Source: Spirochaetia bacterium (GTDB lineage: Bacteria > Spirochaetota > Spirochaetia > DSM-2461). Taken from it: a DNA stretch of 64,000 nt. Below the pieces are notes generated by a model, which saw only the letters and a program-made list of their open reading frames with translations, made no database searches and was not told the DNA's origin. The stretch is from the NCBI GenBank assembly GCA_963668315.1, contig OY764216.1, positions 2,336,001 through 2,400,000 on the forward strand, written 5' to 3'. Below, piece by piece: positions 31,515 through 41,127 of this stretch (the stretch's first letter is position 1; every line of letters starts with the position of its first letter). Both the position numbers and the translations under genes were made by a program.

Positions 31515-34208
31515 TTAGAAATCTGCCTTATCTATGTTGATCACCTGATAGTTATATTTCTGTTCATTGATCTCGAAGGAGAACTTTTTGTTTTTCTTGT
31601 TTCCGAAAAGAGCGGCTCCAAAGGGTGAAACATAGGAAATGACCTTGTTGGCAGGATCGGATTCCCAGGGACCCAGAATCGTAAAGGTCTCTTCCTCATC
31701 CGTATCCAGATTAAGCAGAACGACCTGCGTACCGAAGGAGATCTTCTTGATATCCAGTTCTTCCGGATTGAAAACACGGGCTCTCTCGATCTCGTCCTGA
31801 AGTTTTCCCACGGAAATCTGAAGGGACTCCTGTTTCTCCTTGCCCGCCTTGTATTCGGCGTTCTCCTTGAGGTCTCCCAGCTCGATGGCCTTTCCGATCT
31901 CCTTGGAGTTTTTGGGAATCTCCACTTCGATGATATACTTGAGTTCCGCCTGTTTTTCTTGCAGGGCACCCACGGTAACGAAAAAGTTCCGGCTCTTGGC
32001 CTGGGCTTCCAGAGGTCTGGTATCCCGGGTGGCGGCAATCTTGAAGTCGGGGAATTTCTCCTCGATCTTTTTCTGCAGTTCCATTACGATCTTGGGATTG
32101 ATCTCCTTTACGTCATGGATAAGGGAGAAGAGGCGGTAAACCGTGTCCTTGTCTCCTTCCATGATAAAGTCTTCCAGACGTTTCTCCTTGAAGAGGTAGG
32201 TCTCGATGCCGCGGCTGATCTTTCTGTTGTTGGTGGCATCCTTTTTATTGGCGATGTCCCTGTAGGTCAGGTCAAGGAGGTGGATCAGGTTGATCAGGAC
32301 CTTCTCGTACTTGATTCCCGTGCTCTCCTGCCAGGCTTCCACTTCTGCATAGGTTCTGGCTACCCAGAGGAAGGCTTCCCGGTATTCGCGGTAACGCTCA
32401 ACCACATCGGTGAGAAGCTTGTTGACCCGTTCTTTGTAACCGGCGCCCTTGAGGTCGTCGATGATGTATTTGGTCTGGTAGAAGGGGAAGATGGAGAGGT
32501 AAACCGCATCCCACTCTTCGATTTCCTGCCGGGTTCTGATAAGGAATTCCCGTCTCAGATCGGAATCCTCGATCTCCAGAAAGAGAGTCGTCACGTCTTC
32601 GATATCGGAGAAGAGCTCCTTGAAACCCCAGTTCAGGCCGGGATTAAGGAAGGGGAACTTTCTTGCCGTTTTGGTGACGAGAAGATAGGAGCAAACCACG
32701 TTATAGTTGACATTGGCCGTCTTCAGGTAGCCGACGAAGAACTGGAAAATCTCATTGAAGTAGTCCGAATTGGGGTCGGAGGCTTCCAGGAATTCCCGCA
32801 TGTAGTTGATTCTCTTGAAAAAGTTCTTTTCCGTGCGGAAGCTGTTGTAGATTCTCTCTTCCAGGGACATGGGCTTGTCTCTGACAACGTAGTGGTCCAT
32901 TTTGTCCGGGTCGTTTCCGAAGGCCGAATCGGTTTTCAGAATCTCCCTGGCCGTGCTGCTCCAGCCGGTCCACTCGCCCGGAGTGAGAATGGAGGGCACC
33001 AGTTCGGATTTGATTTTCTTTATGTCCGCGGTATTGTCAAAGCTTTTGATGATGGTCGTAAGAGCCCAGATATGGTCTCCCTTGATCTTGGCTTTGAGCT
33101 TGTCCTTGGGGAAAATGCTCTTGAGTACCCATATATGGTCTTTGGCCAGGCTCTGAAGGGCATTGACGGCCATTTTCAGAGACATGGTATGGTTTCTTTT
33201 TTTGGTGAAGTCGATGACGATGTCATCATCGACGATGGACTTGATGAGTCCAACGCCCCAGGTCTTATGGTAGACAAAGCTGCCCTGGTCAAAGGAAATG
33301 TGCTTTTCGAAGTCCGTAATAGCTTCGATGACATTTCGCCATCCCTGATTCAGGTTAGAGAGGCGGATATACTCATCCAGCTGGGAATGACCTTTGTACT
33401 TGTTGCGGTAGCACTCCACAATCTGGTTTCTGGCCAGGTTGTTCTTGGGATCGTAGGAAAGGATTTTCTTCAGAATCTCAATAGCCACGTCCCACTCTTC
33501 CTTGCCGAAAGTAGCGGGGTAGAGATCTTCAAGGAGTTGAACAGCCTTTTCCCCGTCCATAACGCGGGAAACCCTGTTCTCGATCAGAAACAGGAATTCG
33601 TACTCCTGCTCGCCGAGCTGTATGATTTTCTCCCAGATATCCTTGACAACGGAGAACTGCCCCTTGCTGATAAAACGGTGGATGGCTTTCTTGTAATAGT
33701 CAACGGCGCCTTCCGTATCCCCTTCCGCTTCCCTCTTCTCGGCAAGCTTTTTGACAATGGGGGCTTCTTCGTAATCAACATTGATCAATCTTTCCCAGAT
33801 CTCGAATTTCTCTTCGTTACGACCTTCGTTTGAGTAGTATTCCTCCAGAGTTCTCAGGGCGTACTTGTTTTCGCCGTACTCCAGAACCTTCTTGCAAAGG
33901 AATTCCACGATATTCCACTTATGATTATCCACAAAGATATTGATGAGATGAATCATTCCGGAATCGTCAAGCTGCTGGTGCTTGAGAGTCAAAAGTCCGG
34001 ATATGTAGAGTGAAATGATGCTGTTCTTATTCTTTTCCAGCTGCTCCCGGCAGAGCTCCATTACTTCCTTTTCCAGGTCGCTGCCGAAAACTTCCTCGAG
34101 AAGTTCATCGAACTCGTTGAAATTATTGATGGTGTAGCTGGACAGGGCCGCTCTGGTCCACTGTTCTTCGTTCAGCATACCGTTAACTTTGGCTTCAAGA
34201 TCCGACAT
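31515..34208 (-). CDS. greA: Transcription elongation factor GreA, long form with TPR-like N-terminal region
   Basis: C-terminal GDLKENAEY, ILGPWESD and ISYVSPFG; ~730-aa helical extension. Confidence 0.92.
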   Translation of the reverse strand: MSDLEAKVNGMLNEEQWTRAALSSYTINNFNEFDELLEEVFGSDLEKEVMELCREQLEKNKNSIISLYISGLLTLKHQQLDDSGMIHLINIFVDNHKWNIVEFLCKKVLEYGENKYALRTLEEYYSNEGRNEEKFEIWERLINVDYEEAPIVKKLAEKREAEGDTEGAVDYYKKAIHRFISKGQFSVVKDIWEKIIQLGEQEYEFLFLIENRVSRVMDGEKAVQLLEDLYPATFGKEEWDVAIEILKKILSYDPKNNLARNQIVECYRNKYKGHSQLDEYIRLSNLNQGWRNVIEAITDFEKHISFDQGSFVYHKTWGVGLIKSIVDDDIVIDFTKKRNHTMSLKMAVNALQSLAKDHIWVLKSIFPKDKLKAKIKGDHIWALTTIIKSFDNTADIKKIKSELVPSILTPGEWTGWSSTAREILKTDSAFGNDPDKMDHYVVRDKPMSLEERIYNSFRTEKNFFKRINYMREFLEASDPNSDYFNEIFQFFVGYLKTANVNYNVVCSYLLVTKTARKFPFLNPGLNWGFKELFSDIEDVTTLFLEIEDSDLRREFLIRTRQEIEEWDAVYLSIFPFYQTKYIIDDLKGAGYKERVNKLLTDVVERYREYREAFLWVARTYAEVEAWQESTGIKYEKVLINLIHLLDLTYRDIANKKDATNNRKISRGIETYLFKEKRLEDFIMEGDKDTVYRLFSLIHDVKEINPKIVMELQKKIEEKFPDFKIAATRDTRPLEAQAKSRNFFVTVGALQEKQAELKYIIEVEIPKNSKEIGKAIELGDLKENAEYKAGKEKQESLQISVGKLQDEIERARVFNPEELDIKKISFGTQVVLLNLDTDEEETFTILGPWESDPANKVISYVSPFGAALFGNKKNKKFSFEINEQKYNYQVINIDKADF

Positions 34209-34229
34209 GTGCAGACATCCTCCTAATAT

Positions 34230-35156
34230 TTAACTGATGTATAATTTAAAAATATCCGGATCCAAGAGCTCAATTCTCTTCATTATATCCTCTATCTTCT
34301 CCCGCTCCTTTCCCGAAGACAGGTAATAATCAATTAATAGAAAATAGCGGTAGAGCAGGCGGGGTATGATCCGCCACTCCTTATCCGGTGATTTTAATTC
34401 GCTTCTTAATCCGTAAATCGACTGCCTGAGACGCCCTGCCTCAAGCTCCTTCATTTCCCGCTTTACATCGAACACTTCGTAAAGCACCGCGTAGACGGGA
34501 ATCCACTCCTTGACCTCGTTTTCGCTGCTCTTCCTCTCTCTTACCTTTTCAATCAGTCGTACCATATAGCCGGACTGTATCATTTCCAAATCTATTCCCT
34601 GCGGGTCTAGATAAAAGGCTTCCCGGAAAAGAACCTTGGAGTAATCTATTTCATTCAGAAGACCGTAGCAGTCTGCAAACTCCGCCATGATCTCCGCTGA
34701 ATTTCTGTTAAAACGGAGGGCTTCCTCCATCTGCCCGAGGGCATCATCGTACCTGCCTAGAAATTTACAGCACCGTCCCGTCCTGAGAAAAAAGGACGAA
34801 TCGGAGCTGGAAAACTGGGCTTTCTGCCTGTTGTAGGAGTTCAGAACTGTACCGAATACCCACTTCTTTACGCCTTCCGCACCCCTCTCGAAAGAGAAGG
34901 ATTCCTGCCGTCGGACGAAGGCGGCGAACCGAAACCACTGGGCGTACAGATAGTCTGCCCGCTCCACTTCCTCGGCTATTCCTTCAAGCTCTTCCAGACG
35001 GGATAACCAGAACGCGGCAATTTTGAGTCCATCGCTTACATGAGGATCGTTCAGATCTTCAGTCAGCATACGGCCCAGGTACGCCTGCGCTTCCAGGAAT
35101 TCTCCCGCTTCAAGCAACATGATGACCTGATCATTAGACTTTTTCTGCGCCATCAT
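34230..35156 (-). CDS. TPR-like hypothetical protein
   Basis: Helical repeat pattern; just upstream of greA on the same strand. Confidence 0.7.
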   Translation of the reverse strand: MMAQKKSNDQVIMLLEAGEFLEAQAYLGRMLTEDLNDPHVSDGLKIAAFWLSRLEELEGIAEEVERADYLYAQWFRFAAFVRRQESFSFERGAEGVKKWVFGTVLNSYNRQKAQFSSSDSSFFLRTGRCCKFLGRYDDALGQMEEALRFNRNSAEIMAEFADCYGLLNEIDYSKVLFREAFYLDPQGIDLEMIQSGYMVRLIEKVRERKSSENEVKEWIPVYAVLYEVFDVKREMKELEAGRLRQSIYGLRSELKSPDKEWRIIPRLLYRYFLLIDYYLSSGKEREKIEDIMKRIELLDPDIFKLYIS

Positions 35157-35163
35157 CCTTCCC

Positions 35164-35192
35164 ATTATATCAGAGGTGTAAAGAAATGGGAA
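35164..35192 (-). promoter_or_regulatory. sigma70 promoter (extended -10) of the TPR-greA operon
   Basis: TTCCCA-N17-TATAAT with TG extension; 7 nt to ATG. Confidence 0.55.
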
Positions 35193-35215
35193 GACTGTGA
35201 ACCGGCTAATTCCCC

Positions 35216-35244
35216 TTGCTCCGTCGGTTTATTTTCCTTAGAAT
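35216..35244 (+). promoter_or_regulatory. sigma70 promoter of recB
   Basis: TTGCTC-N17-TAGAAT; 6 nt to ATG; no SD. Confidence 0.6.
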
Positions 35245-35250
35245 AGGCCC

Positions 35251-38200
35251 ATGCGGTCATTTAACTGGGAGAACTCTCCCCTGGATAGAAATATTCTCCT
35301 GGAAGCGTCGGCGGGGACGGGGAAAACCTATACCCTGGAAAGGCTTGTGATGCGTCTGGTCACGGAGAGGGAAATCCCTCTGCCCCGGATTCTTGTGGTC
35401 ACGTTCACTAATATGGCCGCCCGGGAGATGCAGGAGCGTATCGGCCGTCTTCTGAGCCGGGAGAGGGAATCAGCCGAGGGCCGAAAGGGAGAGCTCCTGC
35501 GAAGGGCGGTGCGGGACTTTGACCGGGCGTCGGTCTTCACCATCCACGGTTTCTGCACCCGGGTTCTTCAGACCCTGCCCTTCGAATGCGGCCTGGCCCC
35601 CGGAACGGAAGTAGGGGGGGAGGACGAGCTGACCGGCCGCCTTGTTCAGGACTGGTTCCGTAAAAACGAGGAGAGGAACGATCCCTTTCTCCTTCAGGGA
35701 TACCGGGCGGCCTATGACCGGAACAGGGGATTCGCCCCCCTTCTGAAAAGCATAGAAAACCATATCGCCTCGGAAAAGCTGAACGGCAGCTGGAGCCTGA
35801 TCCCCGGGGAGGAAGCGAAGGAGTTCTGGGAGGAGCTCTGCCTCAAATGGGAGCAGTCTTCCCTCTGGGAGAGCGCCTGCCGGCTGGCCTCTTCCTGCCG
35901 CGGGCTGGGAGAGCCCGGACAAATGTCGGGGCTTCTGAAGAGGGACGGACTGGGCAAACGGCTCGGACCCAAAACGGAAGGACTCTTCTACAGTCAGCTG
36001 GCCGATCTGGATAAGGGGAAGGACTGCTACGATTTCTTTACCCTCCTGGACGGCAAGAATTCCACCTTCTTTACCCAGCTCTCCCAGGCCGCCGACGAGG
36101 ATTTCTCAGGAACGTCGGATTTTACGAAGGCCTTCTCCGCCTTCGCCCTCTCCCTTCCCGGCGAAGTCTGGGAGCAGAAAAGCGTCTCCTCCCTCCTCGC
36201 CGGCCTGGCCCTGCTCTTTGAATTCCAGTGCGCCGGAGAGATTATCGCCGAACGGAACAGGGAACGACGGGGCACGGGGCAGCTGACATTCAACGATCTT
36301 ATAGACATGGTTCACGGCCTTCTGGCGGGACCGGAGAGCAAACCGGCCCTTCTCGATGCCCTGACCCGCCGCTATCAGGTGCTGCTTGTGGATGAATTCC
36401 AGGATACGGACTTTCGGCAGTGGGAAATATTCTCCCTGCTCTTCGGAGGAAAGGGGAAAAACTTCTTTCTCATAGGAGATCCCAAGCAGTCCATCTACCG
36501 GTTCAGGGGAGCCGATCTGAATGTGTATCTCGATGTAAGAGATTCCCTTCCCGAAGAGAACCGTTACCGGCTGGACAATAATTTCCGTTCCCATCCCCTT
36601 CTTCTGGACGGCTTCAACAGACTCTTCGCCCCCCTCTTCGGGGAGGAAGGGCGGCCCGGTTTCATCGGCTATTCCCCCGTAGGGGCGGGGCGGGACGATA
36701 TAGGCCTGCTCCTGGAAGGGGAGGTTCCCGTTCCGCCTATTGATTTTCTCCGTCTGGAGGGGGAGCCGGCCAACCGGGAAGAGGCTGTCGAACTGTGGCT
36801 GAATGCCCAGGCCGACCATATTCTGGATCTGCTGAGCGGTCCGGGCCATACCCTGAACGGGAAGAGGGTCCGTCCCTCCCATATCGCCGTACTGCTGGAG
36901 AACAATAAGCAGTGCGTGCGGTTCCAGGAACTTCTTTCCGACCGGGCCGTTCCGGCGGTCATATTCCAGGAAAGGGACGTCTTCGACTCCCGGGAAGTCT
37001 CCCTACCCCTGATGTTCCTGGAAGCCATGATCGGCCGTGACCGGGGTGAGTCCCTGAAGCGGCTTCTCCTGTCCCCTCTGGTGGGACTTAATCCGGCGGA
37101 GATGCTTTTTCTGGAAGACCGGGGGTATCTGGACAGTCTGATCCTTCGTTTCCGCCTCTATCGGGAGAAAACAGACCGGGGCGATCTGATAGGCCAGTTT
37201 TACCGCTTCTGCCGTCTGGGAAAGGATATCGCCCGCTTCCTGGCCGAAGGGGACGCCATCGATCCGGACAGAGCCGCCTATCTGGGAGAGAATTTCCTCA
37301 TCCGCCTGATGAGGGACAAGGGCGGGGAGAGACTCTATACCAATCTGCGCCATATACTGGAAATCCTCCATACCGAACAGCTGCAGAAAAGGCTGAATAC
37401 GACGGAACTGCACCGGTTCTGCCGTTCCGAGCTCTACCATTCCCACGGGGACGAGACCTTTCAGGTGCGCCTGGACCGGGACGGGGAAGCGGTCAGGATT
37501 ATGACCCTGCACAAATCCAAGGGACTACAGTTCCCCCTGGTTTTTTTCGGAGGCGGTCTTTACAGTGAAGTCATCAACAGGAAAAGCTCCTTTTATACCT
37601 TCCACAGGGGGGAGGCCAACTGGTGCGATTATCTCAAGGGGCAGGAGAACGGCGCCCGGGCCCGCCGGGAGGAGTGGGAGGAGAAGAAGCGCCTCTATTA
37701 TGTAGGGCTTACCCGGGCGGAATCGAAACTTTTCCTGCCCCTGTTCGAGAACTGGGACAACAACTGGCTCTCCTGGTTTTACGACCAGGTCTCCTCTGCG
37801 GAGCTGGCAGAAACGGACCCCTTCGAAAAGAGCATCCTCTCCCTTCCCGGAGGAACGGCCCAGAAAAGCTGTGAAGCCCTGGCCGCCGCAGAGCCCGCTC
37901 TCTTCCGGATCGTCTCTCCCTTTCCCGGAGAGGGACGCTATACGTCCGCCGACAGATCCGAGCCTCTGGAAAAACCCGTGCTTCCCCCGCTGAAACTGAA
38001 TGAAAGATATCCTTCCCTCCTAAGCTTCTCCTCCCTGACGGATGAGGGTGAGAAGAGCGGGGATGCGGTCCATGACGAGGAGAGAGCCCAGGAAGCCGAT
38101 TATGATGAGGGCCGGGACGATCCCGAGGAGGGGGAGAAGGAAATTACCCCGGAAAACATTCCCGGCGGTACCGGTCTGGGAAACCTTGTTCATGCCCTTT

Positions 38201-38883
38201 TTGAAGAGATTGATTACAGGATGGCGGATACGGGGCTGAACGCTTTCGAAGAATCGGAAGAAGCCGACGCCTTCATCCGGGAAAAGGCCCTCTTCTATTT
38301 CAAGTCGGACTGGTTCCGCCAGTTCGGACGCACCGTCAAGCATATGGTCTGGAATACGCTGAACGCTCCTCTGCCCATGGAAGGTGAGGAGAAGAAAACC
38401 CTCTGCCTCAAGGATCTGCCTGCAGATAAACGCCTTCATGAGCTGGAATTTCTCATTAAAATGAGGCCCGGGGGGCAGGTAAGCCTCGATTCGTTTTTCC
38501 AGACCACATCCCGGGGGTATCTGAAGGGATTTATCGACCTGATTTTTTTCCATGAAGGACGCTTCTATATCGCCGACTGGAAAACGACCCGATGCGCAGC
38601 AAACGACCGCCATCCCTACGGTGAGGAGTCGGTCCGGGCCATTATGGATGACCACCGCTATCATCTGCAGTACTGGATATACACGGCTGCCTTTCATCTG
38701 TTCATGGTCCGAAGCCGTCCCGATTTCGATTACGACAGGGATTTCGGCGGCATCTTCTATTTCTTCAATCGGGGCATGAAACCCGATTCTCCGGGCAGGG
38801 GGGTCTTTTTCACCCGGCCGGGGAAAGAGGACCTGATCCGCTTTTACGAGAACTTTACCGAGGAGACCTGCCGTGAACTTTAA
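35251..38883 (+). CDS. recB: RecB (SF1 helicase plus PD-(D/E)xK nuclease)
   Basis: ASAGTGKT, VDEFQD, IGDPKQSIYRFRGA, TLHKSKGLQF and YVGLTRA; nuclease GFIDL..DWKT..YHLQ. Confidence 0.93.
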   Translation: MRSFNWENSPLDRNILLEASAGTGKTYTLERLVMRLVTEREIPLPRILVVTFTNMAAREMQERIGRLLSRERESAEGRKGELLRRAVRDFDRASVFTIHGFCTRVLQTLPFECGLAPGTEVGGEDELTGRLVQDWFRKNEERNDPFLLQGYRAAYDRNRGFAPLLKSIENHIASEKLNGSWSLIPGEEAKEFWEELCLKWEQSSLWESACRLASSCRGLGEPGQMSGLLKRDGLGKRLGPKTEGLFYSQLADLDKGKDCYDFFTLLDGKNSTFFTQLSQAADEDFSGTSDFTKAFSAFALSLPGEVWEQKSVSSLLAGLALLFEFQCAGEIIAERNRERRGTGQLTFNDLIDMVHGLLAGPESKPALLDALTRRYQVLLVDEFQDTDFRQWEIFSLLFGGKGKNFFLIGDPKQSIYRFRGADLNVYLDVRDSLPEENRYRLDNNFRSHPLLLDGFNRLFAPLFGEEGRPGFIGYSPVGAGRDDIGLLLEGEVPVPPIDFLRLEGEPANREEAVELWLNAQADHILDLLSGPGHTLNGKRVRPSHIAVLLENNKQCVRFQELLSDRAVPAVIFQERDVFDSREVSLPLMFLEAMIGRDRGESLKRLLLSPLVGLNPAEMLFLEDRGYLDSLILRFRLYREKTDRGDLIGQFYRFCRLGKDIARFLAEGDAIDPDRAAYLGENFLIRLMRDKGGERLYTNLRHILEILHTEQLQKRLNTTELHRFCRSELYHSHGDETFQVRLDRDGEAVRIMTLHKSKGLQFPLVFFGGGLYSEVINRKSSFYTFHRGEANWCDYLKGQENGARARREEWEEKKRLYYVGLTRAESKLFLPLFENWDNNWLSWFYDQVSSAELAETDPFEKSILSLPGGTAQKSCEALAAAEPALFRIVSPFPGEGRYTSADRSEPLEKPVLPPLKLNERYPSLLSFSSLTDEGEKSGDAVHDEERAQEADYDEGRDDPEEGEKEITPENIPGGTGLGNLVHALFEEIDYRMADTGLNAFEESEEADAFIREKALFYFKSDWFRQFGRTVKHMVWNTLNAPLPMEGEEKKTLCLKDLPADKRLHELEFLIKMRPGGQVSLDSFFQTTSRGYLKGFIDLIFFHEGRFYIADWKTTRCAANDRHPYGEESVRAIMDDHRYHLQYWIYTAAFHLFMVRSRPDFDYDRDFGGIFYFFNRGMKPDSPGRGVFFTRPGKEDLIRFYENFTEETCREL

Positions 38884-40555
38884 GGCTCTGTATAATCCCG
38901 CCCGGGAGGAGGGTGCCGAGTGGTACCAGATTTTTCTCGCCGAAAGGCTGGCCGGAGAAGCCGGAGGGGAAGGGGAGCTCTTCTTTTTCCTCCTCTCCCT
39001 GTTCAAGGAGAATGAATCGGGCCATCTGAGAATCGAACTGAAGGAGGAGGAGGGGGAACTGCTCTCCCGGTATTCTTCCTTCTTCCGCTCTTCCCTGTCT
39101 CCCTTTGTCATTACGGAGGACGGCCGTTTCCTCTATACAAAACGAAGAAAAGCTCAGGAGGACCGTTTCATCGAACTGCTGAACGCCCTGCTTTCCCGCC
39201 GGCCGGAGCCTCTTGTTTCCGATCTTGACCGATTTTGGGACCAGGCGTCCGAAGGGATAGAGCCCCCTTTGACTCCCGAGGTGATGAACGGCTGCCGGCA
39301 GGTCAACGGCAGGGCTTTCTATATCATCACCGGCGGGCCCGGAACGGGAAAGACCACCGCTCTTTCCGGAATCATCCGCGTTCTGAACCGGGCGTCGGAG
39401 CTGGCCGGCAGACCGGCTCCGAGAATGGCTCTGGCCGCTCCCACGGGAAGGGCCGCCAAAAGGATGGAACAGAGCCTGGGTGCCCGGGGAATCGCCGGGA
39501 CGGCCAGAACCCTCCACAAGCTTCTGGGGATCTCCTTTGACAAGGGCACTCCCCGGTTCGACCGGGAGAATCCGCTGCCCGCCGACCTCATCGTTGTGGA
39601 CGAGGCTTCCATGATAGACCTCCGCATGATGACTCTGCTGTTCGACGCCCTGCCTCCCGGGGGGCATCTCCTTCTGGTGGGCGACAAGGATCAGCTTCCC
39701 TCCGTGGAGGCGGGGGCTCTCTTTTCTGACTTTCTCTACCGCTCCGAAGAACCGGGGCACAGAATGGGCGACCGGATTCTCATGCTCCGCAACGTCTACC
39801 GCTCTCACCGGGATATTATCACCCTGGCCGGCCATATTATCGAGGGAAGGAAGGAAGACGCTCTCGCTTTTCTTAAGAATGAGGCGGGGGGCGATATGGT
39901 ACAGTACCGGCACCTGCCGGAGAAAGCGGAAAGCCTTTACCGGGAGATCACGGCCTTCTACCGGAGCGGTCAGCCCCGGCAGACCGACGGTTTCCCCTGG
40001 CCTGTGAGCCGCTGGGAAGAGGGCAGGAAAGAGCTTGACCGATGGTTTGAATTCTATAACGAGAGAATCATTCTCTGCCCGTCGAGAAAAGGTCTTATGG
40101 GGGTGGAAAGGCTGAACAGGGAGATCCGGGACCGTCTCTTTTCCCGTTCCCTTCACGGGATTCCCCTCATGATGACAAGCAATGACTACGAACTCGACCT
40201 CTATAACGGAGACAGGGGTATTCTGTTTCTCCTCGCGGGAGAGCCCCATGTCTTCTTCGCCGACGGGGAGAATTACCGCCACATACCCCTTGCCTATCTG
40301 GAGGAGTGGGAATACAGCTGGGTGCAGACCATCCACAAAAGCCAGGGGTCCGAGTTCCGGGAAGTCTCCGTTATTCTGCCCGAGGGGGCCGAAAGGCTGC
40401 TCTCCCGGGAAATCCTCTATACCGCGTTAACCCGGGCGAAAGAGAAGGTTTCCCTTTACAGCAGCGATGAAACGGTGAAACTCTGCATCGGCAGAGGAGT
40501 CTACCGGAGCTCACGGATCAAAGAAGTTCTTTCAGCTGATCCTTCGCCTGCCTGA
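38873..40555 (+). CDS. recD: RecD (SF1B helicase)
   Basis: TGGPGTGKTT, APTGRAA, VDEASM, GDKDQLPSV, TIHKSQGSEF and YTALTRA; overlaps recB by 11 nt. Confidence 0.93.
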   Translation: MNFKALYNPAREEGAEWYQIFLAERLAGEAGGEGELFFFLLSLFKENESGHLRIELKEEEGELLSRYSSFFRSSLSPFVITEDGRFLYTKRRKAQEDRFIELLNALLSRRPEPLVSDLDRFWDQASEGIEPPLTPEVMNGCRQVNGRAFYIITGGPGTGKTTALSGIIRVLNRASELAGRPAPRMALAAPTGRAAKRMEQSLGARGIAGTARTLHKLLGISFDKGTPRFDRENPLPADLIVVDEASMIDLRMMTLLFDALPPGGHLLLVGDKDQLPSVEAGALFSDFLYRSEEPGHRMGDRILMLRNVYRSHRDIITLAGHIIEGRKEDALAFLKNEAGGDMVQYRHLPEKAESLYREITAFYRSGQPRQTDGFPWPVSRWEEGRKELDRWFEFYNERIILCPSRKGLMGVERLNREIRDRLFSRSLHGIPLMMTSNDYELDLYNGDRGILFLLAGEPHVFFADGENYRHIPLAYLEEWEYSWVQTIHKSQGSEFREVSVILPEGAERLLSREILYTALTRAKEKVSLYSSDETVKLCIGRGVYRSSRIKEVLSADPSPA

Positions 40556-41096
40556 CGACTTCGTTATACTGGCCGTCCATGGCGGCCTGCTGGTTCTGGA
40601 GAATGTTCATGAACTCCGGATCCTGTTCGGGCCTTAACCGGATATCTTGACCTGTCTGCTCTCTCAGCTGGGCTTCCTTGCGGCGCAGCTGCGGCTCAAG
40701 CTGGGCAGCCAGAGACTCCATGAGCTGTTCCTTGGAATCCAGGTACTGGGCAAAGAAATTCTTCAGCTGACCGAAAAGGGATGTGAGCATCTCCTGTTTG
40801 TCCGGCGTATCCATGAGCCGGGAAAATCCTTCCTCAAGGCGTGTCAGTCCCGCCAGCTCCTCATTTACACGGGGAAGCTTCAGGTTCAAGAGGAGCGTCT
40901 CTATCAGAACCGAACGGAAATGCTCTTTCTCGTCATTTCCCTCCAGGGCCAGGGGGCAGTCTTCCCCGCTCAGAAAACGGGCAGCCTGCTTTTTCGCTTC
41001 CTTCGCCGCTTCCGCCCGGTGCACGGCGCCTCTGTCCGCTTCGACGTTGGCGGTTTTTTCCATGGCCAGCTCCAGGGCCGATTTGATTTTTGACAT
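40518..41096 (-). CDS. Hypothetical all-helical protein
   Basis: SD GAGGGAG; starts IKSALELAMEKT; coiled-coil character; overlaps the recD 3' end. Confidence 0.75.
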   Translation of the reverse strand: MSKIKSALELAMEKTANVEADRGAVHRAEAAKEAKKQAARFLSGEDCPLALEGNDEKEHFRSVLIETLLLNLKLPRVNEELAGLTRLEEGFSRLMDTPDKQEMLTSLFGQLKNFFAQYLDSKEQLMESLAAQLEPQLRRKEAQLREQTGQDIRLRPEQDPEFMNILQNQQAAMDGQYNEVVRQAKDQLKELL

Positions 41097-41127
41097 GCTA
41101 CAGATTCTCCCTCTTAATATATCGGAT

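Noticed and set aside
31959..33833. 624-aa plus-strand ORF
   Set aside because: Antisense shadow of greA with no recognisable motifs; explained by codon bias
38020..40336. 363- and 493-aa minus-strand ORFs as a possible hidden recC
   Set aside because: Antisense to recB/recD; no RecC-like motifs
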